From Amoebidium appalachense (Eukaryota; Protista; Ichthyosporea), in the NCBI GenBank assembly GCA_963693365.1, contig CAVNZM010000015.1, forward strand, positions 5,526,624 through 5,590,623: a stretch of 64,000 bases of DNA, given 5' to 3'. Every line of letters begins with the position of its first letter. Within the stretch, counting starts at the first letter, position 1. This document shows, piece after piece, positions 38,860 to 52,935 of this stretch. Below the pieces are notes generated by a model. That model saw only the letters and a program-made list of their open reading frames with translations. It was not told where the DNA came from and made no database searches. Position numbers and translations under genes: made by a program.

Positions 38860-39708
38860 CAACATGACTACCTCAGCCCCCCTACCGTTCACTTCTACCT
38901 TGCTGAGCCCAGCCCCTCCCACACACCGCAAGGGTTCCCTACCCCTTCTCCACCGCCTTCTGACCACAGGATCCTTCGTCACCCCCCCCCGACACCCCCA
39001 ACCACCCCGCGCACACGCCCACGTGCACGTAGTGCCACCGACCTCTCCTCTCTCGCGCGCCTCTTTGCCAACCGGATACTCGGCACGCGCAGGTCGCGCT
39101 TTGTGCCTGTGTGGCTGCCCTCCTCACCCCACAGTGACGCAGCACACACACTCGCACTCAGTCTTCTTTCAGCCGCGGGTCATCCCTCAGTCAGACGCAG
39201 CCCCTCTGCAGACTGTGTGCTGGGCACGGCCACAAGCAGTGCCCTCACACCCACACAGACACTGGCGTTTGTGGGCAGTTTGCGCAAGTTTTTGCAAAAG
39301 GAACACTGCGAGGAGATGCTCGACTTCCTGCTGGCCGTGCACAGCTACCACCTGGCACCCACCCGCCAGGCACGTGAGCACATCTTGCACACATTCGTGC
39401 TTGAGGGGGCAGCAAAGCAGGTGAGCCTGGACGAACATCACGTGGTTCTGGTGTGTAGATTGGTGGCCGGGACAGAATCGCACACGTCACTACACACGCA
39501 TTTCCACGATCGTGCGGAAAAAACTCCAAAATTCTTTATTAGTGACTCGATCGATCATGTGCCAGCATGGGATCAGGAGGGTGCGTTGTGCAAGGGGGAC
39601 AACATCAGTTGTGTGTTTGATGAGTGCGCTGAGCACGTGCTTGGGCTATTGGCTAACGACACGCTGGGTCGCTTTATGCAGACCTGGGATTCGGAATGCA
39701 AAAATTGA
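38860..39708 (+). CDS. RGS (regulator of G-protein signalling) domain protein, terminal exon; upstream exon(s) probably at ~38435-38600
   Basis: LRKFLQKEHCEEMLDFLLAV..Y....AREHILHTFVLEGAAKQVSLD...VFDECAEHVLGLLANDTLGRFM matches the RGS box pattern. Acceptor TTGACACAG ends at 38859. Confidence 0.85.
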   Translation, partial: QHDYLSPPTVHFYLAEPSPSHTPQGFPTPSPPPSDHRILRHPPPTPPTTPRTRPRARSATDLSSLARLFANRILGTRRSRFVPVWLPSSPHSDAAHTLALSLLSAAGHPSVRRSPSADCVLGTATSSALTPTQTLAFVGSLRKFLQKEHCEEMLDFLLAVHSYHLAPTRQAREHILHTFVLEGAAKQVSLDEHHVVLVCRLVAGTESHTSLHTHFHDRAEKTPKFFISDSIDHVPAWDQEGALCKGDNISCVFDECAEHVLGLLANDTLGRFMQTWDSECKN

Positions 39709-40210
39709 CTCTACGGCCTTTTTTTTTTTCTTTTTTTTTTTTTGAAGGTTTGATTATGTTGAAAGTCTGATGGCAGGGTTATACTGACAATAATATGAAG
39801 CTCAGCAGTATTCCCCCAGCAACCATGTGAATGTGCAGTGTCTTTATGTGGGGTAGACGCAGTTTTTTTAAAGCAGAATATGCAGTTTAATGTACATATA
39901 TGCAATACATGAGCCTCATTCCGTATTTTACGAATGATACTGTTGTGTATTAGTTCATGATAACAGATTTCGCGGCTTTACTTAATTATCACGAGAATGA
40001 ACATGGTGCAATAGAAAATTTTTTTTTATTATTATTAATGTTTACTAGACTATTATGGCAGAAAACACAAAACGAATCGAACGTAGGCTTCGTGCTCTGT
40101 TTTGCACCACTACACTCAGATAATAATGAAAGAACTTCGCAGTCTCATAATATCGTGCCGAACTCAGGGTATGGGCTGCGGCCGCACTGAAACCGTCGAA
40201 AATGAAATAA

Positions 40211-40248
<38 letters not shown>

Positions 40249-40583
40249 TCCCGGGCCCCCAGCACTGTGATATCCACACACACCACGTTCACACATGTGT
40301 ACACGTACCGTTCATGATCACCGCGGCACAAATCACACACTACAGCCAGCTGTTTAGTGTTTGGGGCCGGCACACACACACCTGACAGTGTGACACACTC
40401 ACACAAAGTCACACACATGACAGAAAGCGCACAGAAGCAGAACTTGACCAAAATTCACATACAATTCTCCCCCCTCCCCTGCCCCTTCCCCCGGGCCCCG
40501 GGCCCTCCCCCCTTCCCGGCTCCCACCACACATGCGCTGCACACACAGTGGCACTCAGTGTCATATACGCGCACACAGCCGAT

Positions 40584-40629
<46 letters not shown>

Positions 40630-41442
40630 TGTTCTCCAGAACCGGCGTCACACTAACATAGCCTAGTGAGTCTGCCAGAAAAATGCAGTGCAAGGTCAAG
40701 CTCACACTTCCAAAGTGTGTCCTCACTTCAAAACGGCTAGTGTCTGTGGTGTCCGTGGGTCCGTGCAGATGTGGCTGTCCGATGGTGTATGCACATGACT
40801 TTTATAATTGAATAGTAAAGTTTAACATGTGAGTTCATAGTACATGCATACTATGCACAAAAAATGAGACTGAAATCTTATGTGAAGACAGTATTTATCC
40901 GTTAACGCCTTATTTGAGCAATGGTGGATTCAAATTCGGAATGGTGAACATTGTATCCTCAGCTGTGAATGTTTTGTGTGAAGCTTGAAGACTCGGTGCT
41001 GTCAAAACTCTGGCAAACAAAGCACGGCTACACCGGGGTAGCTCTTTTTTGAGCAGAGGTTCTCGGACCTATAGTACTGGGAGTGGGGAGTGATGGAGGA
41101 AGAAACGAGTCAAAGCTACGCTGATACGGATGATATGCAAAGTAACTCCAGCACACACTGTAGGCCACTTTTAAGAACACACCCTGTCAGGCTCCTGAGG
41201 TTCGTAAGGTCACCGTGAGAATTAAACGGTGCTAGTATGATAAGTATGCTAATTGTGCTCTTTACTTCCCATTACTAAGTTGCACATGAAGCTTAGCCGG
41301 GGCCGTGTCCGAGGCTATGTGGGTGCTTCTGTTTGTTTGATGCCGCAGCAGAGCAATATTCATGCATGCATGTCTGTGTGTGTGTGTGTGTCACGGTATG
41401 TGTGTTGTGTGTGCATGTGTGTGTGTGTGTGTGTGTGTATGT

Positions 41443-41496
<54 letters not shown>

Positions 41497-41646
41497 CATA
41501 CTTGTACATCTGCTTTTCTTTTTCCGGGGGCCCGGGAGGGGGGGGGGGGATGAGGTAATCAGGGGTACTTAAACTCTAAAAGTGGGAAAGGAATGGTTGG
41601 TGGCACAAGAGAATAAATCTCTTTTTCTTTTTTTTTCTTTCTTTTT

Positions 41647-41677
<31 letters not shown>

Positions 41678-41695
41678 GAGGCAGCGGCGGCCGGT

Positions 41696-41726
<31 letters not shown>

Positions 41727-42244
41727 GGGGGAGGGAGGGACAGGGGAGGGGGGAGGGGGGAGGGGGGGAGAAGGGGAGGGGCAGGTGAGGGAGGCGGCGA
41801 AAGGGGGGGGGGGGGGGGGGGGGGGGGGGGGTGCTGGTTATATACCGTAGGCTAATCACCGTGTCTCATGCATGCAACTTCATTATTGAAAATGTCTAAG
41901 GATTTAGGTGTGGCTGCTACCTGATCAATTCTTGCAGGCTGAGTCACTGACGCCAAGTACACACGGCAGATGCTCAAAATGTGATAGCACCAAAGTCACG
42001 GCCCCTTTAACATTTTAATTTAAATTAAATTTAAATCATAATTTTGAATCAGCAAGACACGGTTACAGATAGCTGTTTGGCTGCTAGATGGTGGCCTCAG
42101 AGTCAGAGTGGTGGTGCCGTGCGGCGTGTGATGTGTCAGTGTGTTTCTGCTTGTGCGGTGTGTGTGTTTGTGTGTGTGTATGCGTGTGCGTGTGCCGTCC
42201 CGTCCCGAGTCGCAAGATGTCTGTGTGAGTGTGCGTGTCTGTGT

Positions 42245-42322
<78 letters not shown>

Positions 42323-42333
42323 TGTGTGTGTGA

Positions 42334-42388
<55 letters not shown>

Positions 42389-43139
42389 CGCCTGCGTGAG
42401 CAGTGTGTGTGTGTTTGTGTGTGTGTGTGCACGCGCACGTGTGCTCGTGGGCACCATGTGATGCCCACTTGTGCCTTAGTCTCCTAATACCATCTGTATC
42501 ATAACCTATGATGGTGTCACGTCATTTTGTTTAATACACGCATCACACAATGCACGAATCAATTCCCCTTAACCTTTCATTTCTTATTTTTTGGTTGTTG
42601 GGCTTGTGTGTGTCTACGATCATTCCAGTTGATTGATGGTGGTGCCACCGGGAAGGGGCAGGTGTGGAGGAAAGACCGAAGGGTGGTGGTGTTGGTGGGG
42701 GAGGGGAGGGGGAAGATATGGGGGGGGGGGGGGTTGTTCCGAAGGGTACTACGAAGGGGAATCAGGCACAAAAACGTGCGATTCCCAACGTGCTGAAAAA
42801 CACGACGTTTCATTTGACTTTTGAAAAGCTATCGTGTGGGCCACCACTAAAGAAGTGAAGTGTGGGGGTGGATGGGTCGGTGCGTCTCTGTGGAGGGTGG
42901 GGAGGAGGGTGGGGGGGGGGGGGGGGGGAGAGGGTTTGGGGGGGGGGGGGGGGGGGGGGAGGAGGGTTGGCGGGGGGGGGGGGGGGAGGGGGGGGGGGGG
43001 GGGGGGGCTGGGGGGAAACTTCGTGGGGATCTAATTGACTCAGTGTTCAAAAAGGGAATTTGAATCTGGTTGGTGTTCTGAAGGAGAAGTGAATCAGATC
43101 CATGTGCATATATTTGCCCTGATGATGGTGGCGGTGATG

Positions 43140-43328
43140 CAAGAGTCAACTTGCAAAAAGCAGAAATATTCTGCAAAAACGGAATTATTCTGCAAAAAGC
43201 AGAAATATTCTGCAAAAGCGGAATTATTCTGCAATAAGCAGAATTATTATGCAAAAGCAGAATAATTCTGAAAGAGCAAATAATTCTGCGTTTTGCAGAA
43301 TAATTCTGCTCGGAGCAAGTTGACTCAG
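43140..43328. mobile_element. MITE-like element with short TIRs and internal palindromic repeats
   Basis: GAGTCAACTTGC (43143) / GCAAGTTGACTC (to 43326); internal GCAGAA(A)TATTCTGC-type repeats; near 8-bp TSD CGGTGATG / CCGTGATG. Confidence 0.65.
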
Positions 43329-43651
43329 CCGTGATGTGGTTGGGCTCTCGATTAGCCACCATGTGCCGTGCTCACATTCATCCCGATGTGGATGCCTTGT
43401 TACGGCATGCTGGCAGCCTCCCCCCCCCCTCCCCGCGCCCCTTCTCCCGCTTCTACTCCCTCCGCCCTCCCCACCTCCTCCTAACCAACACCGGATCCGG
43501 GTAGCACCCTCACCTCATATAAGATAATGATGGCAAACATTTAACCCCCCCCCCCCCCCTTCCCCCCCAGTCGTTACACACGTGCACAATACCTCCACCT
43601 GAGACACACTTACTCCTACCCCCTTCCACATGGAATCAGACATCTACACAG

Positions 43652-43748
43652 AGGTGAGCCACATATACACATAGGTGAGCCACATATACACATAGGTGAG
43701 CCACATATACACATAGGTGAGCCACATATACACATAGGTGAGCCACAA
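43652..43748. repeat. 21-bp tandem repeat x ~4.5
   Basis: Unit AGGTGAGCCACATATACACAT. Confidence 0.95.
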
Positions 43749-44202
43749 TGTGTTGGTGTGGACACACACGCCGAGCCATATGTGTTACACAAGCACTTCC
43801 ATTCCTCCATTCCTTGAACATGCGAGGGACTGTAGCTTCGAATCGGTGACCAGATGCATCTATTATCTCATTGGGCCCCTATTCTACAAGTCGTGACTTG
43901 ATTGGTTGAGTAATAATGGGGCGTGGAAAGGCCATTGACGATTGGACGGTTTTGTGGGAAAGTCTCGGGGGTGGATGGTGACTGACATTTTGTTTTTTTT
44001 GGAATTTGGAGGGGGGGGGGGGGGGGGATGGGGGAATGGGGAGGGAGGGTGGGGGAGGGGGGGGGGGGGGGGGTTAAGGGAAAGGGAGGAGAGCATAACC
44101 TTTTTATTTTCCTATCTTAGGGCTCGGTTCTTCTTTCTTCTCTTTGATTGTGGGGGGGAAGAAGGGGGAGGACGGGAGGGAGGGGGGGGGGAAGGTGGAA
44201 GG

Positions 44203-44235
<33 letters not shown>

Positions 44236-45999
44236 GAATCAGGGGATGGGGGCGTGGGGGCTGTGTGGGGATTGATGATGTGCAGGCTGACCTTTTTTTT
44301 TTTTTTTTTTTTTTTTTTGGGGGGGGGGGGGGGGGGGTTTGGTAAAGAATTGCCTCTCCCGTCCTTCCGGATGCTGAGCTTCGTTCCATTAAAACAAACC
44401 AATCACTACCCCCGCATGAAGGTTTGCGCACACGCGCGCGCGGTGTGTGTATGTGAGAGTGGGTGTGTCGGTGTGTGTGTGTGTGTGTGTGTGTTTGCGT
44501 GTGTGCGCGCATGCGCGCCCGCGCCAAGTCCTTCTAGGACCTTCTAGGATCTCCGGGTAGCCTGTGCCAGGCTTAAGGCTTACAACCCGGGGGGGGGGGG
44601 GGAGGGGAGCTGGACTCGGGGCCGGTCTGGGGGGGGGGGGGGGGGAGGGGGCGGAGGGGGGAAGAGGGGGGGGGGGGAGGGGGTTAATGGGGAGGGGGGC
44701 TGGGGGGGGGGGGGGGGGGGGAATAGCAACCTGTAGGCTGAGCACTATGTGTGGGGGTGTAGGGCGGGTAGAGGTGCCTCACATCCTTTTCCGCCTATGA
44801 TTATTATCAAGTTTTCATTTTATTCCAATGTATCCAACGAATAATTTGGTACACGTAACTGATTCCCTCCCCTCCCCCTCTCCCTCTTTCCTTTCATAAT
44901 CTAGCTTCCTTTCGTAGTGATGTAGAATCACTCCTAGCGGATACTCCTCACTTGGAGGAGTCCTCAATGATTAGCCTTGATTCTCCTAAATTCGGCTCAG
45001 TACATATGTTATGTATAGTAGTTTTGTATTTGTCCTTCCTGTCAGACTCTGGGCTTCCGCCCTATTGGCCCAGTGGTGCATATATATCCTATAAATATTA
45101 TATGTGGAAATCACCGGGGGGAGCGCCTAAACCCAAGTGACACCGGGTAGTGCATATATATCCTGCAATGCTGTTGTATGCATTGCACAGGGGGGCTCGG
45201 CCTTGGCGCCCCTCTTCTAGCGTGTGGCCGTACCGTAAGCCAAAAATGTACACGATGATGGCGTTTCAAAGTTTCCCACAAGATGGACCGTCTAAACGCG
45301 ACCTTTCCAAATCCTAGGAACGACCATGGCAACACGAGTCATGGAACCCCCCCCCCCCCCCCCCTCTCCTCTCCCCCCCTTTCCCCCACCCCCCTCCCGC
45401 CCCCGCCTTCCCACCTCTTTCCCCATTCAGTCATAAGACAAGACCATAAGAGTTGGCAGGGTAGGCCACAGGAGGGGATGGGGTGGGGTCGGGTGGGGTG
45501 AGATCTTTCAGGGACCACTAGTGGAACTAGTTCTCGAATTCCCCGTGCGTGGGTTTTGGGGAGGGGAAGGGGGGGGGGAGGGGAGGGGGGGATGGATCTT
45601 AATAATCTACAAGGGCTGGAAGGGTGTTTTTTCTTAGTTTTCTGGGGGGAACAAACATCGCTATTCATTTTAAGGAGACTTCAACTAAATACTGCAGTCA
45701 GCCCCTGTGCACTGTGTCACAGAGCACTCAGTTCACACTTAGTGACGAACACGGCATCATGAAGATTCAATTGCATAGCAAATAGTATGCATCACTGAGA
45801 CCTTTTGCCCATCCCCCTGACGTCGGCAACTTGCACATTTGAAACGAACTGCAGAAACCTTACAACGAATTGAATAAAATCCCATTTTCACATGTATCAT
45901 AGCATACGATCAGACCATTCAAAGCCAAACCGATCGGCTGTGCAACAACGGGAAGGTGTGACGACGCGAAATAACTAACGTTTGAAGTAAGGGGGACGT

Positions 46000-46046
<47 letters not shown>

Positions 46047-46342
46047 AGGGGGGGGGGGGGGGGGGGGGGGGGGGGTTGTGTCTGTGTGTGCGTGCGTGCA
46101 CATGTGGGTGTGCGCACCACGCGTGTGCATCTTTTTCAAACCTCCGGGGAGGTCGCAATTGCAGGGGGGAAGGGTGGGGGGGTAGCCTACTGAGACAGCC
46201 ATTCTAATCGTTCTTATTGAGTACAGGAAATATGTGCCATTTCCTGGCCTTCCCTCGGAATTAGGGTTTTTAGGGTGTCCGTTGGTCGCGTTGTGCACGT
46301 GTGTTGTTTGGCTCTCTCTCTGTGTGTGCGTCTGTTTGACTC

Positions 46343-46375
<33 letters not shown>

Positions 46376-47046
46376 GTGTGTGTGTGTGTGCGAGTGTGAT
46401 GTGCGCGGGTGTGTGTGTGTGTATATGTGTGCACGTGTAAGTGTTTTGCCTTCTGGTTGTGTGTTGTGTGCCCGCCAGGGAGTATTTTAATCGTAGCTGT
46501 ATCTAGAAAAGCACATATTTAACCCTGCCATGCCCCCGGACTGTGGCCTCCAGCCACAATGAAAACAAATGTACTCATACGGAACATTTTTATTAAACTT
46601 TTTTGTATTTTTCATGGGCATTAAAAACAAATCTACTCTGACGGATTACTGATATATATATATTATTTTATCGTATTTTTTTCTTAAAGGCAGGGCAGGC
46701 ACATGATCAGATCAGCGGCATCGGGAGTAGGCCCAGCCCTCCAAGGGTAGCAACATTCAAGCCGTGAAGTAAACCGCAGAAATCAAGCTACATGATTAAA
46801 AACATACCCCCTCCCCCCCCCCCCCCCCCCCCCCCGCGCCCCCTCCGGCCCCACACCCTCCCCCCCCCCTTACCGCGAGAATACACTTCAGCGTCTCAAT
46901 ATTTTATGGTATTCCCAAAAAAAAAAAACCAAGCACACACAATACACCTCATACACGCACATACACATACGGGCGATGGCACCGTGCCTGCCTCCCACTC
47001 ACCCACCCACATCCACGCCGTACCTACACACGTACACACACGTACA

Positions 47047-47079
<33 letters not shown>

Positions 47080-48487
47080 CACACAAACACACATGCCCCC
47101 CCCCCCCCCCCCCCCGCCCACACACACACACACATGCCCACACACACATGCACATCAACACGCACACACGCAAACATACACATGGACATACTATGTGACA
47201 CACACACACACACCCACACACAGAGGGCCGCCATCACTGTCACTTGACTGCTTTCCCTAATTTCTCCTCGAATGCTTAGCCACAAAGAGTTCCCTCTCTC
47301 TTTGCCCCTCGGCATCCCCTTTGCGCGATTTCTCTCACCTTGCTCCCTTTCCGAGCCCCCCGTCCCCTCTCCCCCTTTTGCGTTCTCTCTCCCTCCCCTA
47401 TGTACTCTTTCTCTCTCTCTCTCTGTATCCAGGCTAAGCCCCCTCACACATTCTCTCTCTTTCTCTCCTTCTCTTTTCCCTCTTACTTGTACAAAACCGT
47501 TCGCTGCCCGTCCCCTTGCCCTCCTCCCACACCACACTGTACCAGATGCCCCCACTCCCTCCCTCCCTCCCTTCCCCTCCCCCCCCCGCCCCCCCCCTTT
47601 CCGGCCTCTCCAAACGCCCCCCCCCCCCCCCCCCCCCCCCCTCGCCCTTTACCCCCCCCCCCCCCCCCCCCCCCTCCAACCACCACCAACACAAGCAATT
47701 CACCACTACAAAGAGGCTCAAAAAATTCTTGAATATTCAGACCTGGTAGGCTCTCCGCTTCCTACACCCTTCCCTATGTCCGAGCCCACCTGCCCCCTCA
47801 TCACCCCCTTGCCCTCGTCCTCCACTGGCAGACCAACCCTTTCCCCTCGCTCCCTTCTTCCCCCTTCCATCTCACTCCCCTGGCACTCTGCCAGTGATCT
47901 TGTTAGCTAGAAAGACCTCCTATCATCTCACGACAGTATGTTAGCGTGCACACGCGCACACACGCGCGCACGCACACACACGCACACGCACCCACGCACG
48001 CACGCACACGTACATATGTGTGCATAAGGTACATGCACACGCATACATTCACTGCAACAAGCACACGCGCACACACAAGCACGCACACACGCACACAAGC
48101 ACACATATACTAGCACACATACGCACACGCACACACGCACAAGCACGCACACGCACACACAAGCACACATAAGGGACAAAGGCATAGTTACACTCATGCG
48201 CCACGGTTGTGCACATGTCGCGGTACCGTGCACGTCTTGGCTGAATTCGCTCTGACTCGCCCACTGACGTGTCCCTGCCACTCTCCTGCCTGTGTTTCCG
48301 TTTGGGTTTGCTTGTCTGTGTACAAGCACATTCTTCCCCTTCAATAGTGCGTGGTTTTATGAAAAACTACGATATCCCGCTATAGCCCGGCAGCAGTTTC
48401 ACTGTTTGAAAAGCGACGCATGATTGCGAAACACCAATAATTCCGTGGATGGGAATGGAATGCCATGTGGGAAGCATTATCCTTTCC

Positions 48488-48876
48488 GATTGGTTAAACA
48501 AAGAGCGTGCTTTTCACGGGATTTGATGTTATCTGACCATACGCCAATCACAACGAGTCTATGTAAACACGGGGTACCTCGTGACCCTGCCTTCATCTAA
48601 GCTGCACAATGTTGATTGGCTACAACAACATCGGTATTCGATATGGCTCATCGTCTTCGCCGCTTTGGAAAAAAGCCGCTCCTGAGACCTTGCTTTTTTT
48701 CCAAGGCAAAAGCTCAGATTTTCATCCCCTCTAAAACCACTGAAAGGTGCACACCTTGGGTTACCGTCTCAATACGGGAACACAGATAACACATTTTGTA
48801 AACCATAGCCTAAAATAGTTTTAAAAACTGCACAGCCTCATTAAATAACCTGCTGGTGTATTTCAAGAAGGTAAGA
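48488..48876 (+). promoter_or_regulatory. Distal CCAAT promoter and probable non-coding first exon of the zinc-finger gene
   Basis: ATTGG/CCAAT at ~48489, ~48544 and ~48615; Inr-like GGCTCATC at ~48645; strong donor AAG|GTAAGA at 48871. Confidence 0.45.
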
Positions 48877-49784
48877 TGATAAACCCAAGAGTTGATCTGT
48901 TCAAATATCTTCTTTAGTGGGGTTTAAGATGGAAGCATAATACCAGGCCGGCGCCTCAAGCCTCCAGTTGAAGAGTTCCTTGTCTTTTATTCTGGCGAAC
49001 TTTGAATGAGATAGAAAAAAAAATCACAAATAACAGTTGCAAGCTCATTAACGTTAACATTTTTGACTATTAAGTTGTTGCTTCATGTTGATGGCCATTA
49101 GCCCAAAGACCGTCGCTTGTCGCCCGACAGTCACGGGTAAAAGCAAAAAAGCGAACCAATCCACCAATCGTACCTGGGCAACACAAGTCTGCATGAGCCC
49201 ATGTGGACACCAAGATGGTGCCGGATGCACCTGACATAAAACGAATCAAAAATAAGATAATAAGTTTATCGAATTGTGATTCGTTAACATGCATTTCAAT
49301 AGAGCCTGCTTCGCGCCGGTCACAAGAAAGCAGTGCAAATTCACTTGTATTTTCCCATACAATAAGCAATTAAAAATCAGCTCGGTAATTCATGAGCTCC
49401 TGTCATCAAGATTAAAGTATCGAAAAATTCTCAGGATAACAAAAAATCTCGAATACATATCTGATATGTGTAATTTTGATTCATCTAAGCGATGTAGCTA
49501 TTTACAGTTTCAACCCCGTTTTGTTCTTGCAAGGAAAGAACGTGATGGCTTCGTAACCAATCCGGTGTCACGAATGAATTCGCGACAATTGATTAAGGAG
49601 GTAGAGAGAAAAGTATGTCAACAGCTGCTAAATAGCTTTATAAACACAGAATTATGCAGCCGGTACACATATATGTGCTTCCAGCATAAATCAAGGGGCT
49701 GTTGAATGCAGCCAAACGCTACTAATGGTCGGTGAAAAGAACATGATCATAATTGCCCGCCTCTGTTCTAATTCACCTCTTACA

Positions 49785-49860
49785 GCCAATCAAATCAGGA
49801 AAGCTTAATTCTGAGAATTACGATTGGCTATCTTCGAAACACGATTGCCGTCAACCAATG
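49785..49860 (+). promoter_or_regulatory. Proximal CCAAT cluster upstream of the zinc-finger gene
   Basis: CCAAT ~49786, ATTGG ~49823, CCAAT ~49855. Confidence 0.45.
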
Positions 49861-50119
49861 AAAAACAAGGAGCTCATAAGCAAGAAGAAAATTCGGGGGG
49901 AAAACGGATGAGAAGCCCGCCCCCAGTTGTCATTTCACATTCCCAGTGCCTTGCGGCGCAGATCGATTCCTACGCCTTTTCTAGTTTTTTTTCTCGCTGA
50001 GATAACGAAGAAAGTATACATGCTGATGTTGGCAAATGCATCATTTCTCTTGAAAGCTCATACAGGATAGCAGTAAAATAGCATATGCGGGCGCTAATCC
50101 CGTCGTTACTTTAGGATAC

Positions 50120-51075
50120 ATGTCCTCTATTGCCCACCAACGCCAGCGTCCTGGCGGTCTAGCTACAGCTCTACCAAAAGATGCAATTTCGCCAGTTAGT
50201 GACCAAGCAGCAAATACAATAGTCATGGAGAAAAAATATAAGTGCACATTTCAGGGGTGTATTAGCAGACCTAATGTCAAGAGGAATAACATCGAACGGC
50301 ATGTGTGGTAAGTTTTTTTTGTGTGTTTTCCTGTGCCGTTTTTGCATGCATATGACATGACACATCCAATTGGGGTTTCGTTTCCTCTCTGGCGCTGTGT
50401 GGCTGTTCTATTATACCTCCCGTTCACACGGTTTGGTGTAAGAAATTTCCGTGTCTTGGATTACGTGTATTATGGATGTTGTTTGTTTTTTCTTTTCTCT
50501 TTTTTCTGGGCGATATGCGTTCGTATGCTTTCTATATCGATGCGGCATTGGAACCTTTCATATTTGTCCGAGTAATTTTTGATTCACATGCACATCATGC
50601 ATTATTTTTGCACACGTTGAAAGTTAATTCTCAACCAGATAGATTGCTTACAGAAGCCCGTAGCATCGTTTTGCCCTATATGGGCTTGCACATGCATGCG
50701 TACACACACATACTCGTGCGCACGTAGAAGTGACCCTTGCACACACTTCAAAGAATTTGCAAAAGCAAATCACATGAACCGTTAAACGACACACATCGGC
50801 AGTGTCCGCGCTATAAAAAGTGTGTAAACCCTACGATCACTAGGATGGAGGTATATGTCTCTCTCTTTTTTTTCTTAATTAATTTGCTTTCATAATTATC
50901 ATTACTATTATTTTCCATGATTGGGTTATGGTTGTTAGCCAAGGTTGCTCTGCTTTTCTCGCTTTTGCGGACACGTTTTATTAATAAGATGCTTGCCCAG
51001 TGTGGCTTGGCCGTGGCCCTTGTATGCGTGTATCAAAAACTCGTGTCACTTTATGTGGGCTTCGTTTTTTTTTTT

Positions 51076-51114
<39 letters not shown>

Positions 51115-51680
51115 ATGGAGATTATCCACACACACGTGATGAATGTAATTTGCTTTTGAAAACATAAGTGTGTGTGGTGGAAAACATAAGCGTGTGTGGT
51201 GTGTCTAGGTGGACAAGTTACAAAAGAAGGGGATGGCATGGGAATGGTATATAGAATCCAATGAGACAAAATGAAAAGAACATGAGTGTTGAGGCATGCA
51301 GAAGCAATGCGCTCAGGCCTAACATTTTGTGGCGAAGAGCAAGAAATCAGTGACATGCCAGAAAGAAAAAAAAAATTGCCAGCTACTGCGTTACATTCCA
51401 TTGTCGGAGGTTTTTGTTTTTTGTTTTGTTTTGTTGTGTGTGTGTGTGTGTGTGTTTTTTTTTGGGGGGGGGGGGGGACGATCTACTGCTGCTCAATCTG
51501 CAACACTTTGCTCGAGTGCCCATGTTGCTTATTTCCTTTTATGGGCATTTGTTTTTACACCTCCCCTCTAATGCTCTCATACTACACAGGACACAACACA
51601 TCCGAGACACGCTGCATGCAAGTTCGGACAAGTATTTGGCCAGTTTGCACAAAGACCATGTAGACAGGTATCAAACCCCC

Positions 51681-51711
<31 letters not shown>

Positions 51712-52390
51712 AAAAAAAAAAAAAAAACCTCTCACTTGGCTCTCCCACCTCCTCCCCGGTCATGTCCACCTTGCCTACATTATCCCACTTTTGTGTTGAA
51801 AGAAGGAATGTCAATCGATGTACCACTGGTGTGCTAGCATAGTGCACTGCAATTCAAGCACGTTTACACATTTTCTACTAGATTTGGACTAGCGATGTAT
51901 TATGTGCATAGTTATCCGTCAAGAACATCCATGCTGACACTTCCATTTTTGCAGATACGTAACGACAATATGGGAGCCAGCAACGGAATGCGACGCAGCA
52001 GCAGCACTCTCCAAACCCGGCTCTTCCAACACATCAGCGCAAAGCTCCCCAAGGTTGGAGACGGGCCACACGCCACACTATCCGACCCCCCCTATCAGGC
52101 TGGCGAAGTGCCAACTTACCGCAAAGACCCCCTGTCTGTGACTGCACCTGTTGTTCCCGCTGTGCCATATTGGCACCCACACGTGGCGATGACGTGTTCA
52201 CCACCGCAACCCTCCGGCAACGTCTCAAGATGGCAGGTGGGTTTTCTAAAAAGGATGGTTGCACAGGGGCTTGTGTGCGTGTGGGCATTTGCACTCTTAT
52301 GGATGTGATTGTAATAAGAGTAGTTTTTTGCATGTGTGAATAGTTGTAATTAAGGCAGTGTGTTGGTTTCTGTTGATGATTAGTATTGTT

Positions 52391-52427
<37 letters not shown>

Positions 52428-52613
52428 CCTCTTCATTTCTACAGTTTTCGCGCAAACCCACACTTCCCACCACATTGACATGCTTACAATACGAGCGGTG
52501 TCTAAATGTTTATCTTATTGTGACTTATGCACTCCTTTAATACTAGCGCTAATTAGCATGATCCTCTCTTTTCTTTTATCTTTCTTTCTTTCTTTTATCT
52601 TTCTTTTCTTCCC

Positions 52614-52644
<31 letters not shown>

Positions 52645-52895
52645 AAATTAAAAAAATTAAAAAAAATTTAATAAAATCCCCCAGTCATAGCCACTTACAC
52701 GCAGCACACCCTCAGGAGCTCCAAAACGTAGTCAATGCACAGCTGCAGGCAACCATGGCGCAATCGATGGGCACCATGACAACCATGAGCCAATCAAATC
52801 CCCCCATGGCCACCACTGCTACAAGCATCCCCGTTACAGCCGCCCTGGTCAACACAAGTTCCGGCACTCTTTGGAGACCCTTTGAGGCCCAGTAG
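50120..52895 (+). CDS. Single C2H2 zinc-finger protein (putative transcription factor) with a C-terminal WRPF motif
   Basis: Exons 50120-50307, 51590-~51667, ~51882/51955-52236, ~52445-52497, ~52686-52895. The spliced finger reads YKCTFQGC..VKRNNIERHVW|TQH, and the protein ends SGTLWRPFEAQ*. Internal junctions are uncertain. Confidence 0.7.
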
Positions 52896-52901
52896 TTTAT
52901 A

Positions 52902-52935
<34 letters not shown>

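Noticed and set aside
40640-41150. Short plus-strand exon-like segments
   Set aside because: No recognisable protein and no supported start or stop.
43118-43130. CCCTGATGATGG as another group II-family copy
   Set aside because: The flanks do not align with the family and the upstream helix is absent.
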